Source: Burkholderiales bacterium
GTDB lineage: Bacteria; Pseudomonadota; Gammaproteobacteria; Burkholderiales; Burkholderiaceae_E
Direction of reading: 5' to 3'
Length of the DNA stretch: 64,000 nt
NCBI GenBank assembly: GCA_020248665.1
Contig: JADCHE010000036.1
Span: 1,996 to 65,995, forward strand
Shown: piece after piece, positions 8,193 to 16,390 of the stretch
Layout: each line of letters begins with the position of its first letter
Numbering within the stretch: the first letter of the stretch is position 1
Notes under the pieces: model-generated
The model's database searches: none
Told to the model about the DNA's origin: nothing
What the model saw: the letters and a program-made list of their open reading frames with translations, nothing else
Translations under genes and position numbers: made by a program

Positions 8193-10069
8193 GCACCGTC
8201 CTCGACCCGCACCGCATCGTCCACGGCTCGCAGTTCGGATGGCAGCCGGAGGCGGTGCCGTTCAAGACCATCCCCGAGCTCTTCGCGCAGCGCGTGGCCG
8301 AGATGGGCGACGCGCCGATGATGCGCCAGAAGGACCTCGGCATCTGGCGCGCCTACAGCTGGCGCGAGGTCGCCACGATCGCCGCCGAGATCGGCGCCGG
8401 ACTGATCCGCCTCGGCTTCGAGCCGGGTGAGGTCGTCTCGGTGCTGTCGAACACCCGCCGCGAGTGGAGCTGGACCGACCTCGGCACGCTGTCGGCCGGC
8501 GGCGTGTGCAACGGCGTCTACCCGACCGACTCGGCCGCCCAGCTGCAGTACCTGTGCAGCGACTCGCGCTCGGTCTACCTGTTCGTCGAGAACGACGAGC
8601 AGCTCGACAAGTTCCTCGAGGTCCGCGACGCGCTGCCCGCGATCCGCAAGGCGATCGTGTTCGACATGGAGGGGCTCGCCTCCCTCGACGACCCGCAGGT
8701 GATCGGCCTCGACACGCTTCGCGAGCTCGGCCGCCTCGAGCTCAAGGAGCGCCCCGACACGATCGAGAAGCGCCGCGGCGTGCGCCAGCCCGGCGACGTC
8801 GCGATCCTCGTCTACACCTCGGGGACGACCGGCAAGCCGAAGGGCGCGATGATCACCCACGCCAACCTGTGCGCGGTGCTCTCGGGCCTGTCGACGAGCC
8901 TCTTCGAGGGCATGCCGCGCGGCGGCGAGCGCGTCGCGTTCCTGCCGATGTGCCACATCGCCGAGCGCATGATCGGCGGCTACGTGCCCCTGATGCGCGG
9001 CGAGGTGGTCAACTTCGTCGAGAACCCCGAGACGGTCTTCGAGAACGTCCGCGAGATCCAGCCGCACGTGTTCTTCGCGGTGCCCCGGGTCTGGGAGAAG
9101 ATCTATTCGCAGGTGATGATCACGCTCTCCGAGGCGGGCAAGGTGCAGCAGCTCGCCTACAGGTGGGCGCTCGGCGTCGGCGAGCGCGTCGCGAAGGTGC
9201 GGGCGGCCGGCGGCGAGCCGGGCGGGCTGCTGCGGCTGCAGTCGGCGCTCGCGGACTTCACGGTGCTCGACAACGTGCGGCGCATGACCGGCATGAGCCG
9301 CGTGCGCCTCGGCCTCACCGGCGCCGCGCCGATCTCGGCCGACCTGATCCGCTGGTACCAGTCGCTCGGCGTGCCGCTGCGCGAGGGCTGGGGCATGACC
9401 GAGACCTGCGGCGGCGGCACGGTCAGCCCGCGCAGGGGCGTGCGCCCCGGGAGCGTCGGCGTGCCCGGACCCGGCATCGAGATGAAGATCGCCGAGGGCA
9501 CCCACGAGATCCTGCTGCGCGGCCCGAACGTGATCCTCGGCTACCTGAACCAGCCCGAGAAGACGCGCGAGACGATCGACGCCGAGGGCTGGCTGCACAC
9601 CGGCGACGTCGGCCGGGTCGACGAGGACGGCTACTTCTACATCACCGACCGGATGAAGGACATCATCATCACGGCCGGCGGCAAGAACGTGACCCCGAGC
9701 GAGTGGGAGAACGAGCTCAAGTTCTCCCCGTACGTGACCGACGCGGTCGTCATCGGCGACAAGCGCGCCTACCTCACCGCGCTGGTGATGATCGACCAGG
9801 AGAACGTCGAGAAGTTCGCGCAGGACCACGACGTGCCGTTCACGAACTACGCGAGCCTCACGCGCGCCAAGGAGGTCCAGGACCTGATCTGGCGCGAGAT
9901 CGAGTCGGTGAACAGGAAGTTCGCCCGCGTCGAGCAGGTGAAGAAGTTCAGGCTGATCGAGCAGCAGCTGACTGCCGAGGACGAGGAGCTGACGCCGACG
10001 ATGAAGCTCAAGCGGGCGCTCGTCCAGAAGAAGTACGCCGAGCTGATCGAGGGGATGTACCGGGATTGA
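8189..10069 (+). CDS. AMP-dependent synthetase / long-chain-fatty-acid--CoA ligase
   Basis: AMP-binding motif ILVYTSGTTGKPKGAMITH, later GWLHTGDVGRVDEDGYFYITDRMKDIII. The start overlaps the livF-like stop (ATGA). Confidence 0.85.
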   Translation: MSTVLDPHRIVHGSQFGWQPEAVPFKTIPELFAQRVAEMGDAPMMRQKDLGIWRAYSWREVATIAAEIGAGLIRLGFEPGEVVSVLSNTRREWSWTDLGTLSAGGVCNGVYPTDSAAQLQYLCSDSRSVYLFVENDEQLDKFLEVRDALPAIRKAIVFDMEGLASLDDPQVIGLDTLRELGRLELKERPDTIEKRRGVRQPGDVAILVYTSGTTGKPKGAMITHANLCAVLSGLSTSLFEGMPRGGERVAFLPMCHIAERMIGGYVPLMRGEVVNFVENPETVFENVREIQPHVFFAVPRVWEKIYSQVMITLSEAGKVQQLAYRWALGVGERVAKVRAAGGEPGGLLRLQSALADFTVLDNVRRMTGMSRVRLGLTGAAPISADLIRWYQSLGVPLREGWGMTETCGGGTVSPRRGVRPGSVGVPGPGIEMKIAEGTHEILLRGPNVILGYLNQPEKTRETIDAEGWLHTGDVGRVDEDGYFYITDRMKDIIITAGGKNVTPSEWENELKFSPYVTDAVVIGDKRAYLTALVMIDQENVEKFAQDHDVPFTNYASLTRAKEVQDLIWREIESVNRKFARVEQVKKFRLIEQQLTAEDEELTPTMKLKRALVQKKYAELIEGMYRD

Positions 10070-10147
10070 TCCCGGCGGCGACACGATGATGGTTCGATCC
10101 CGCGGCACGGGCCCGGCCTGCGCCGCATCACACGAAGGAGACTGTTC

Positions 10148-11329
10148 ATGAACCTGATGCGAAGGACCTCGCTGGCACTGGGCATCGTCGCGATGTCCGT
10201 CGGGCTGGCACACGCCCAACAGGGCGTCGGCAAGGGCGAGATCGTCGTCGGCACGATCCAGGACCTGTCCGGCCCGATCGCCGCGTTCGGCAAGCAGGCC
10301 CGCAACGGCATGCAGCTGCGCGTCGAGGAGATCAACGAGCAGGGCGGCATCAACGGCCGCAAGATCAAGCTGATCGTCGAGGACAACGCCTACGATCCGC
10401 GCAAGGCGGTGCTCTCGGCGCAGAAGCTGGTCAACCAGGACAAGGTCTTCGCCGTGCTCGGCCACATGGGCACCGCGCACAACAACGCGGCGATGCCGAT
10501 CCAGTTCGAGAAGAACGTGATCAACTGGCTGCCGATCACCGCGGCCCGCGAGATGTACGAGCCCTTCCACAAGATGAAGTTCTCGTTCGCGGCGACGTAC
10601 TACGACCAGATGCGCGCCGGCCTGCCCGAGCTCGCCAAGCGCCAGAAGTTCTCCAAGCCCTGCATCATCTACCAGGACGACGAGTTCGGCCTCGAGGTGC
10701 TGCGCGGCGCCGAGTGGGCGCTGAAGTCGATGAACATGGACTTCGCCGAGAAGACCTCGTTCAAGCGCGGCTCGACCGACTTCTCGTCGCAGGTCGCGCG
10801 GATGCGGTCCGCCAACTGCGACCTGGTGGTGATGGGCACGATCATCCGCGAGACCATCGGCACGATCGGCGAGTCCCGCAAGACCGGCTTCTCGCCGATC
10901 TTCTTCGGCTCGAGCGCGCTCTACACCGACCTGATCCACAGGCTCGGCGGCAAGGCGATGGACGGCCTGTACGGCATGCACACCGCCGCGAACCCGTACC
11001 TCGACGACGCCGACGAGAAGGTCCGCTTCTGGGCGAACAAGTACAAGACGAAGTTCAGCGAGGACCCGACCGTCTTCTCGGCGTACGGCTACACGATCGT
11101 CGACATGTTCGCGCTCGCGGTGCGCGCGGCCGGTCCGACCCTGACGTCCGACTCGTTCGTGAAGGCGGCCGAGTCGGCCGCTTTCCCCGCGGACATGTTC
11201 GGGTCGCCCCCGATGAAGTTCAAGCCGAACTTCCGCCTCGGCAACGACCAGAGCCGGATGGCCCAGATCGTCAACGGCCGCTGGACCAAGGTGACCGACT
11301 ACCTGCCGGTGCCGCCCGAGAAGAAGTGA
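10148..11329 (+). CDS. ABC transporter substrate-binding protein (LivK/type-1 PBP family), secreted
   Basis: Signal peptide MNLMRRTSLALGIVAMSVGLAHA. IVVGTIQDLSGPIAAFGKQARNGMQLRVEEINEQGGINGRKI is typical of Leu/Ile/Val-binding-protein-like receptors. Confidence 0.85.
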   Translation: MNLMRRTSLALGIVAMSVGLAHAQQGVGKGEIVVGTIQDLSGPIAAFGKQARNGMQLRVEEINEQGGINGRKIKLIVEDNAYDPRKAVLSAQKLVNQDKVFAVLGHMGTAHNNAAMPIQFEKNVINWLPITAAREMYEPFHKMKFSFAATYYDQMRAGLPELAKRQKFSKPCIIYQDDEFGLEVLRGAEWALKSMNMDFAEKTSFKRGSTDFSSQVARMRSANCDLVVMGTIIRETIGTIGESRKTGFSPIFFGSSALYTDLIHRLGGKAMDGLYGMHTAANPYLDDADEKVRFWANKYKTKFSEDPTVFSAYGYTIVDMFALAVRAAGPTLTSDSFVKAAESAAFPADMFGSPPMKFKPNFRLGNDQSRMAQIVNGRWTKVTDYLPVPPEKK

Positions 11330-11341
11330 TCGAAGGCGAGG

Positions 11342-11362
11342 CCGTCCGCTGCATGCGGACGG
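11342..11362 (+). terminator. hairpin downstream of the binding-protein gene
   Basis: CCGTCCGC-tgcat-GCGGACGG followed by TT. It lies 13 nt after the stop at 11329. Confidence 0.4.
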
Positions 11363-11435
11363 TTGCATGAAGCGCGACCGCCGCCCGGGGGCGGCCGTTG
11401 TCGCTTCTGCCTCCGGCGCGCACCGGCGCCGCCCA

Positions 11436-11463
11436 CCGGGACGTTTCTGCGGAAACGTCCCGG
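11436..11463. terminator. perfect 12-bp hairpin between convergent genes
   Basis: CCGGGACGTTTC-tgcg-GAAACGTCCCGG immediately downstream of the acyl-CoA dehydrogenase stop (11468, minus). There is no U-tract. Confidence 0.4.
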
Positions 11464-11467
11464 GCGC

Positions 11468-12619
11468 TCAGCGCCCGCCGAGGCCCATCGACCGCGTGAT
11501 CACTTCCTTCATGATCTCGTTCGTGCCGCCGTAGATCCGCTGCACCCGCGCATCCGCCCAGGCACGCGCGATCGGGTACTCCCACATGTAGCCGTAGCCG
11601 CCGTGCAGCTGCACGCACTCGTCGATCACCTTGCACTGCAGGTCGCTGCACCAGTACTTCGCCATCGAGGCCGTCGCCGTGTCGAGCTCCTTGCGAAGCA
11701 GCAGCTCGATGCACCGGTCCACGAACACGCGGGCCACCTGCACCTCCGTCTGCAGCTCCGCGAGCTTGAAGCGCGTGTTCTGGAAGCTCGCGACCGTCGT
11801 GCCGAACGCCTTGCGCTCCTTCACGTACTGCACCGTCCAGTCGATCGCCGCCTGCGCCGATTCCACGCCCGAGATCGCGATCTGCAGCCGCTCCCAGGGC
11901 AGCTCCTGCATCAGGTAGACGAAGCCGCGGTTCAGCTCGCCGAGCAGGTTCGACTTCGGCACCTTCACGTTGTCGAAGAAGAGCTCCGCCGTGTCCTGCG
12001 CCTTCATACCCACCTTCTTCAGCCGCTTGCCCTTGTCGAAGCCGGGCATGCCGCGCTCGACCAGCAGCAGGCTCGTGCCTTTGGCACCCGCGTCCGGATT
12101 GGTCTTGGCCACGACGATCACCAGGTCGGCATGCCAGCCGTTCGTGATGAACGTCTTCGAGCCGTTCAGCAGGAAGTGGTCGCCCCGGTCGACCGCAGTC
12201 GAACGGATGCCCTGCAGGTCCGAACCCGCCGCAGGCTCGCTCATCGCGATCGCACCCACGATCTCGCCGCGGGCCATCGCCGGAAGGTACTTGCTCCGCT
12301 GCGCCTCGCTCCCGTAGGCGAGGATGTAGGGCGCGACGATCTCGTTGTGCAGCCCGAAGCCCAGCCCCGTGAAGCCCTGTCGCGCAATCTCCTCGAACAG
12401 CGCCACCGAATACAGCTTGTCCGCGTCGGCGCCGCCGTAAGCCTCCGGCATCGAGGTGCACAGCAGGCCCGTCTCGCCGGCCTTCGTCCAGACCTCGCGG
12501 TCGACGTGGCCCTGCTCTTCCCAGCGGGCGTGGTGGGGCGCGACCTCGTTCTCGAGGAAGCGGCGCACGGTGTCGCGGAACTGCAGGTGCTGCTCGGAGT
12601 ACAACGAACGTTCGATCAT
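11468..12619 (-). CDS. acyl-CoA dehydrogenase
   Basis: Full-length ACAD pattern: GAIAMSEPAAGSDLQ, FITNG, and the C-terminal QLHGGYGYMWEYPIARAWADARVQRIYGGTNEIMKEVI. Confidence 0.9.
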   Translation of the reverse strand: MIERSLYSEQHLQFRDTVRRFLENEVAPHHARWEEQGHVDREVWTKAGETGLLCTSMPEAYGGADADKLYSVALFEEIARQGFTGLGFGLHNEIVAPYILAYGSEAQRSKYLPAMARGEIVGAIAMSEPAAGSDLQGIRSTAVDRGDHFLLNGSKTFITNGWHADLVIVVAKTNPDAGAKGTSLLLVERGMPGFDKGKRLKKVGMKAQDTAELFFDNVKVPKSNLLGELNRGFVYLMQELPWERLQIAISGVESAQAAIDWTVQYVKERKAFGTTVASFQNTRFKLAELQTEVQVARVFVDRCIELLLRKELDTATASMAKYWCSDLQCKVIDECVQLHGGYGYMWEYPIARAWADARVQRIYGGTNEIMKEVITRSMGLGGR

Positions 12620-12644
12620 CGGGTGCCTCGCAAGTGGAACGACC

Positions 12645-14537
12645 TCAGCCTCGTTCCAGCTCGCGCGTCGCAGCGACCGCCCGCAGCAGCGGCCGCATCA
12701 GCGCCTCGGACCGGAAGGGCTTGTGCAGCACCGTCGTGTCCGGCCCGGCCCGCACGCGCAAAGGTTCGATGTCGGGCTCGCCGGTAATCAGCACTGCAGC
12801 CGGAGAATACCCCAGCTGCCTGCGGAGCTCCGCGATCGCGGCGATGCCGTTCGCACCGCCGGCGAGCCGGTAGTCGCAGACGATCGCGTCGACCGTCCGG
12901 TCCGAGTCGGCTTCCTTCTCCAGCACCTCGGACAGCGACACGCCTGCCGTAACCCGCACGCCCCATTCGGCCATCAGCCTCGCTACTGCGGTGCGGGCAT
13001 CACGGTCGTCCTCGATCAGCAGGACGTAGGCGCCGCGCAACGGCGAGAGGTCGGGCAGGGGCATGGCTTCCGGCACCGCCGGCGCCATCGGCACGTAGGC
13101 GTCGACCGTCACGGCGGGCACCGTGACCGTGAACCGCGAGCCCCGCCCCGGCACCGACGCCATCGTCACCGTGTGGTCGGGAAGCTGCTCGATGATACGC
13201 CCGACCAGGAAGAGCCCGAGCCCCAGTCCCCGCTCACGATCACGCTCCACGTTGTTGAGCTGGACATACGGCTTCCAGATCTCCTCGAACGCTTCGGGCG
13301 CGACGCCGATGCCCGTATCGAACACGTCGATCCGACACCGATCGCCACGCATCCGTGCGGCGATCAACACCCGCCCGGCCCGCGTGTCGTCGCTGTGGGT
13401 GAACTTCACCGCGTTGGCGACCAGGTTGCTGAGCACCCGCTGGATCGAGCGGGCGTCGGTTTGCAGCACCACCGGCGAGCGCGGCGGCCGCACCCGCAGT
13501 TCGACCCCGCGCTTGTCGGCCTCGCCCACGTATCCCCCGTACAGGTCGCGCAGCAATGGCCGGAGCTCGAGCGGACGGATGTCGAGCGCCTCCGTGCCGC
13601 TATCGTAACGCGCCGCCGTGAGGAGATGATCGAGCGTCGTGCCGAGCATCGTCAGCGCTGCCTCGGCGCGCTCTGCAGGCTCGCGTGCGCGTTCAAGGTC
13701 GTCCGCCTGCAGCCGGGACCGAGCGACGTCGAGGTGGGCGACGGCAGCGGCCATGGGTTGGCGGAGGTCGTGGCTCACGGCGGCGATGAGTCGCGTCTTC
13801 TGGCGGTCCGCTTCTTCCGCGGCTGCCTGGCGCTCGCGGGCTTCGAGCCGAGCCGCTTCGGTCCGGCGGCGTTGATGGAAAAGCTCACGCTCGCGTGACT
13901 CGAGCAGTCGGCACAAGACCATGCCAAACACGTTCGCGAACGACAAGTAGAGGCAGCTTCTCAAGAACTCGCTACCGCCAATGACCATCGGAGCCCAAGC
14001 GACTGCCAAGACGCTTACCGCCCAACCAACGAGCGCGGACACCGAAATCGGCAGTCGCAAGAAGGCATAGTGCAAAAAAAGGCCGATCATGACTGCCGGG
14101 GAGGCTTGCACCGCCACAGCCCGCCCGCCCTCACCGGGAAGAGCGAGCAGCAACACGATTCCTCCTAAGCCAAACGCGCTCGTCCCCGCGACTACGAGAA
14201 CGTAGTTGCTGCTCGAAATGCCCCGCCGAAACCAAAGACAAGCACCGACGGATCCTAAGCCGAGAGCGAGAACCGCGCGGATCACCAACGCGGCAGCCGT
14301 GTGCTCCTCACTCGTCCACGAGACAACAAGGAATGCGCTGAACAGCGTTGACGCGCCTATGGCTGCGCACGCAGCGAGTCGGAACGCGGACTCGCGGAAC
14401 TGGCAAAGGAACTCAAGCTCGACATCTGCCGCAAGGAACCTTCTTCCTGCGACCCGCGGGTCTGCAAGCGTCTTCAAGTGCTCTCCATAGTCTGAAAGGC
14501 AGATCGGATGCGGTCTTCTGAACACAGTGATCACCAC
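12645..14537 (-). CDS. hybrid sensor histidine kinase / response regulator with a multi-helix membrane input domain
   Basis: H-box AAVSHDLRQPM, HATPase N/G boxes (LSNLVANAVKFT, FDTGIGV, GLGLGLFLV), and a C-terminal receiver (VLLIEDD...DAIVCDYRL...HKPF). GTG start. The 5' third is A/T-richer than the 3' part. Confidence 0.85.
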   Translation of the reverse strand: MVITVFRRPHPICLSDYGEHLKTLADPRVAGRRFLAADVELEFLCQFRESAFRLAACAAIGASTLFSAFLVVSWTSEEHTAAALVIRAVLALGLGSVGACLWFRRGISSSNYVLVVAGTSAFGLGGIVLLLALPGEGGRAVAVQASPAVMIGLFLHYAFLRLPISVSALVGWAVSVLAVAWAPMVIGGSEFLRSCLYLSFANVFGMVLCRLLESRERELFHQRRRTEAARLEARERQAAAEEADRQKTRLIAAVSHDLRQPMAAAVAHLDVARSRLQADDLERAREPAERAEAALTMLGTTLDHLLTAARYDSGTEALDIRPLELRPLLRDLYGGYVGEADKRGVELRVRPPRSPVVLQTDARSIQRVLSNLVANAVKFTHSDDTRAGRVLIAARMRGDRCRIDVFDTGIGVAPEAFEEIWKPYVQLNNVERDRERGLGLGLFLVGRIIEQLPDHTVTMASVPGRGSRFTVTVPAVTVDAYVPMAPAVPEAMPLPDLSPLRGAYVLLIEDDRDARTAVARLMAEWGVRVTAGVSLSEVLEKEADSDRTVDAIVCDYRLAGGANGIAAIAELRRQLGYSPAAVLITGEPDIEPLRVRAGPDTTVLHKPFRSEALMRPLLRAVAATRELERG

Positions 14538-14844
14538 AATCGGAAGTCAGCATGTTTCGTTGTTGTTGCATGGCGACGAACCGTCGACAATCAGCCATCA
14601 GGTCAGTTGACTTTCCCTCAATGTCTTGGGATTCGATTGCTCGAAACCCTAGAATTCTGTTAACTTTTTTGTGCGCAAGGGTTTGCAGTCTAGGAGTAGG
14701 CAGATGCTCTACCCTCTGTAGCCAGAAGGAGGTTCCGGCAGCTCTAGATCCGTGTGACCGCCGGCATGGTTGAACGACATACAAGGCGGTGGGACTTTGG
14801 ACGTGAAGAGACACAGCGCGAAGATTGCTTCGTACCACGAGAGC

Positions 14845-15573
14845 ATGAGCGCGCCGAAACCGGCGAAGCGACTCGAACTCCCCTTTCGGGTTCGGATTGT
14901 CCGTAATGACGCTCAACTTGAGCAGGCTGTTCGCATTCGCGCCGAAGCCTACTCGCGACACGTGCCGACGCTAGGGGAGGTCCTAGCTGAGCCCGAACCC
15001 GTTGACCGCAACCCAGATTCGATCGTCTTCTTGGCTGAAGGAAAGGTCGACGAGGAACCCCTCGGGACGATTCGCATTCAGACTAATTTCGTTTCTCCGC
15101 TATCGATCGAAAAGTCTGTCGAACTGCCGGAGCAATTCCGCGGCCGCCCGCTAGCAGGCGTATCTCGGCTTGGCGTCAAGGCGGGAGCGCGAGGACGATT
15201 AGTCAAGCTTGCGCTGTTCAAGGCGATGCACCGCTACTGCTTGGCAAAGCAGGTTGAATGGGTTCTGATCGGCGCTCGGCCGCCCTTAGACAAGGAATAC
15301 CTTGATCTGGGGTTCTTCGACGTCTTTCCCGATCGAGAGCCGCGGCCGCTGCTTTCTGCGAACGGCATCGCGCATCGCATTCTTGCGTTTGATGTTCAAG
15401 GCGCCGAAAGACACGCACTTGCTTCGAATCACCCGCTATACAGCTTCATGTTCCGCCGGTTTCATCCAGACATAGAGATCTTCGCCTCTGTAAGCAACAT
15501 GTGGAGTCGTCCCCGGCTTAGCCGGCGTCACTCCCTCACGGAACTTCAAGAACTGATTCCACCGGTGGTCTAG
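14845..15573 (+). CDS. GNAT-fold N-acyltransferase resembling N-acyl amino acid synthases / OlsB-type acyltransferases (Acetyltransf_5-like)
   Basis: QAVRIRAEAYSRHV...DSIVFLAEGKVDEEPLGTIRIQ, then AGVSRLGVKAGARGR...LFKAMHRYCLAKQVEWVLIGARPPLDKEYLDLGF. This matches the R-x-R..(V/A)(F/Y) plus SR(L/F) pattern of that family as I remember it. The start is uncertain (ATG 14845; ORF track TTG 14770). Confidence 0.6.
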   Translation: MSAPKPAKRLELPFRVRIVRNDAQLEQAVRIRAEAYSRHVPTLGEVLAEPEPVDRNPDSIVFLAEGKVDEEPLGTIRIQTNFVSPLSIEKSVELPEQFRGRPLAGVSRLGVKAGARGRLVKLALFKAMHRYCLAKQVEWVLIGARPPLDKEYLDLGFFDVFPDREPRPLLSANGIAHRILAFDVQGAERHALASNHPLYSFMFRRFHPDIEIFASVSNMWSRPRLSRRHSLTELQELIPPVV

Positions 15574-15675
15574 CGCCGCCGGATTCCCGGCAATCAACTG
15601 TCCGAGTCCGCCTGCAGCCACGCACCACGAACCGCTACATCGACTGTCGCGATTGCTTCCTCGCGCGGCATATGC

Positions 15676-16311
15676 TTAGCCAATAAGTGGAACAAAACGT
15701 CCAGTGGTCCGCCGGTACTGCTTGTACGCATCTCCGTTCGGTGAACCGGAAATCTCCGCTTCCTCAGTGAGCGCCGCGCTGCGATACCAGAGGTACATCG
15801 CCGCCAGTGCCATCCAAGACACTGTGGTCGGCACCCCCACTGCGATGCCGCCCCACATCAATAGGTAAGCTGAATAGATGGGATGCCGAACCCACCTATA
15901 CGGCCCTGACGTCATCAACGCACTGGGTGCGCCAGGCGTGAAGGCGATGTTGGGTGAGACGGTGCCGTGGGTAGCGAGTGAGTACCTAAAGAGTCCAAGA
16001 GCTCCCCACAGCATCGCAAGTCCGAGCAAGGCATTCCAACTCGGGTAGCTCGAACCGTAGACGAGAAGAACCACTGCATCCGCGATAGCCAAAGCATTGC
16101 CTGTTCGCCGAAGCCACTCGCGCTTTGTCGGCCTATCGCGCGGAACAACGAAGCGAGACCTGCGCGCCCGGCTAAAGACAAAGAGACACGTAAGGAAGGA
16201 CGCGAACAAAATCAGGGACATAGCCAGGTCGTGAGTCTTGTGGCGTGCAGTAATCAGAACGATCAGCAAAGAGACAGCGGCCTGGACCGCTGTTCGCCCC
16301 GGACCGCCCAT
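15676..16311 (-). CDS. isoprenylcysteine carboxyl methyltransferase (ICMT)/phospholipid methyltransferase-family membrane methyltransferase
   Basis: Multi-helix membrane protein with the family motif GPYRWVRHPIYSAYLLMWGGIAV and the C-terminal EE..L....G..Y..Y pattern (TEEAEISGSPNGDAYKQYRRTTGRF). Confidence 0.75.
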   Translation of the reverse strand: MGGPGRTAVQAAVSLLIVLITARHKTHDLAMSLILFASFLTCLFVFSRARRSRFVVPRDRPTKREWLRRTGNALAIADAVVLLVYGSSYPSWNALLGLAMLWGALGLFRYSLATHGTVSPNIAFTPGAPSALMTSGPYRWVRHPIYSAYLLMWGGIAVGVPTTVSWMALAAMYLWYRSAALTEEAEISGSPNGDAYKQYRRTTGRFVPLIG

Positions 16312-16390
16312 TCGTCGTCGTTACGCGCGTCAAGACAGTGAACGACCGCTAGTGTACTGAAGCCGAACTACGTCGAGGCAGGTTAGATCC

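Noticed and set aside
10088-10105. tRNA-like T-arm sequence GGTTCGATCCC in the spacer between the CoA ligase and the binding-protein gene.
   Set aside because: The flanking bases (GATGG / CCGCG) do not form a T-stem. The ~55 nt upstream that a tRNA would need lie inside the ligase CDS, and no acceptor or anticodon arms can be drawn.
8123-11368. Very long antisense or overlapping ORFs throughout the track. Examples: 8123..11368 (-), 47492..51196 (-), 32762..35350 (-), 42387..44963 (-), 25537..27801 (+), 22780..25350 (+), 22697..25033 (-).
   Set aside because: Their translations are Arg/Ala/Pro/Gly-rich low-complexity strings with no recognisable motifs. They lie opposite or out of frame to genes with strong family signatures. 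This is the expected stop-codon depletion of ~70-80 % GC DNA, not real overlapping genes.
14552-14773. Small ORFs in the low-GC islet spacers (14552..14773 +, 14413..14961 -, 15436..15621 -, 15218..15418 -).
   Set aside because: They are Cys/Arg-rich or overlap better-supported genes. They have no RBS or motif support and probably arise by chance. The 233-nt kinase/acyltransferase spacer is more plausibly a divergent promoter region.
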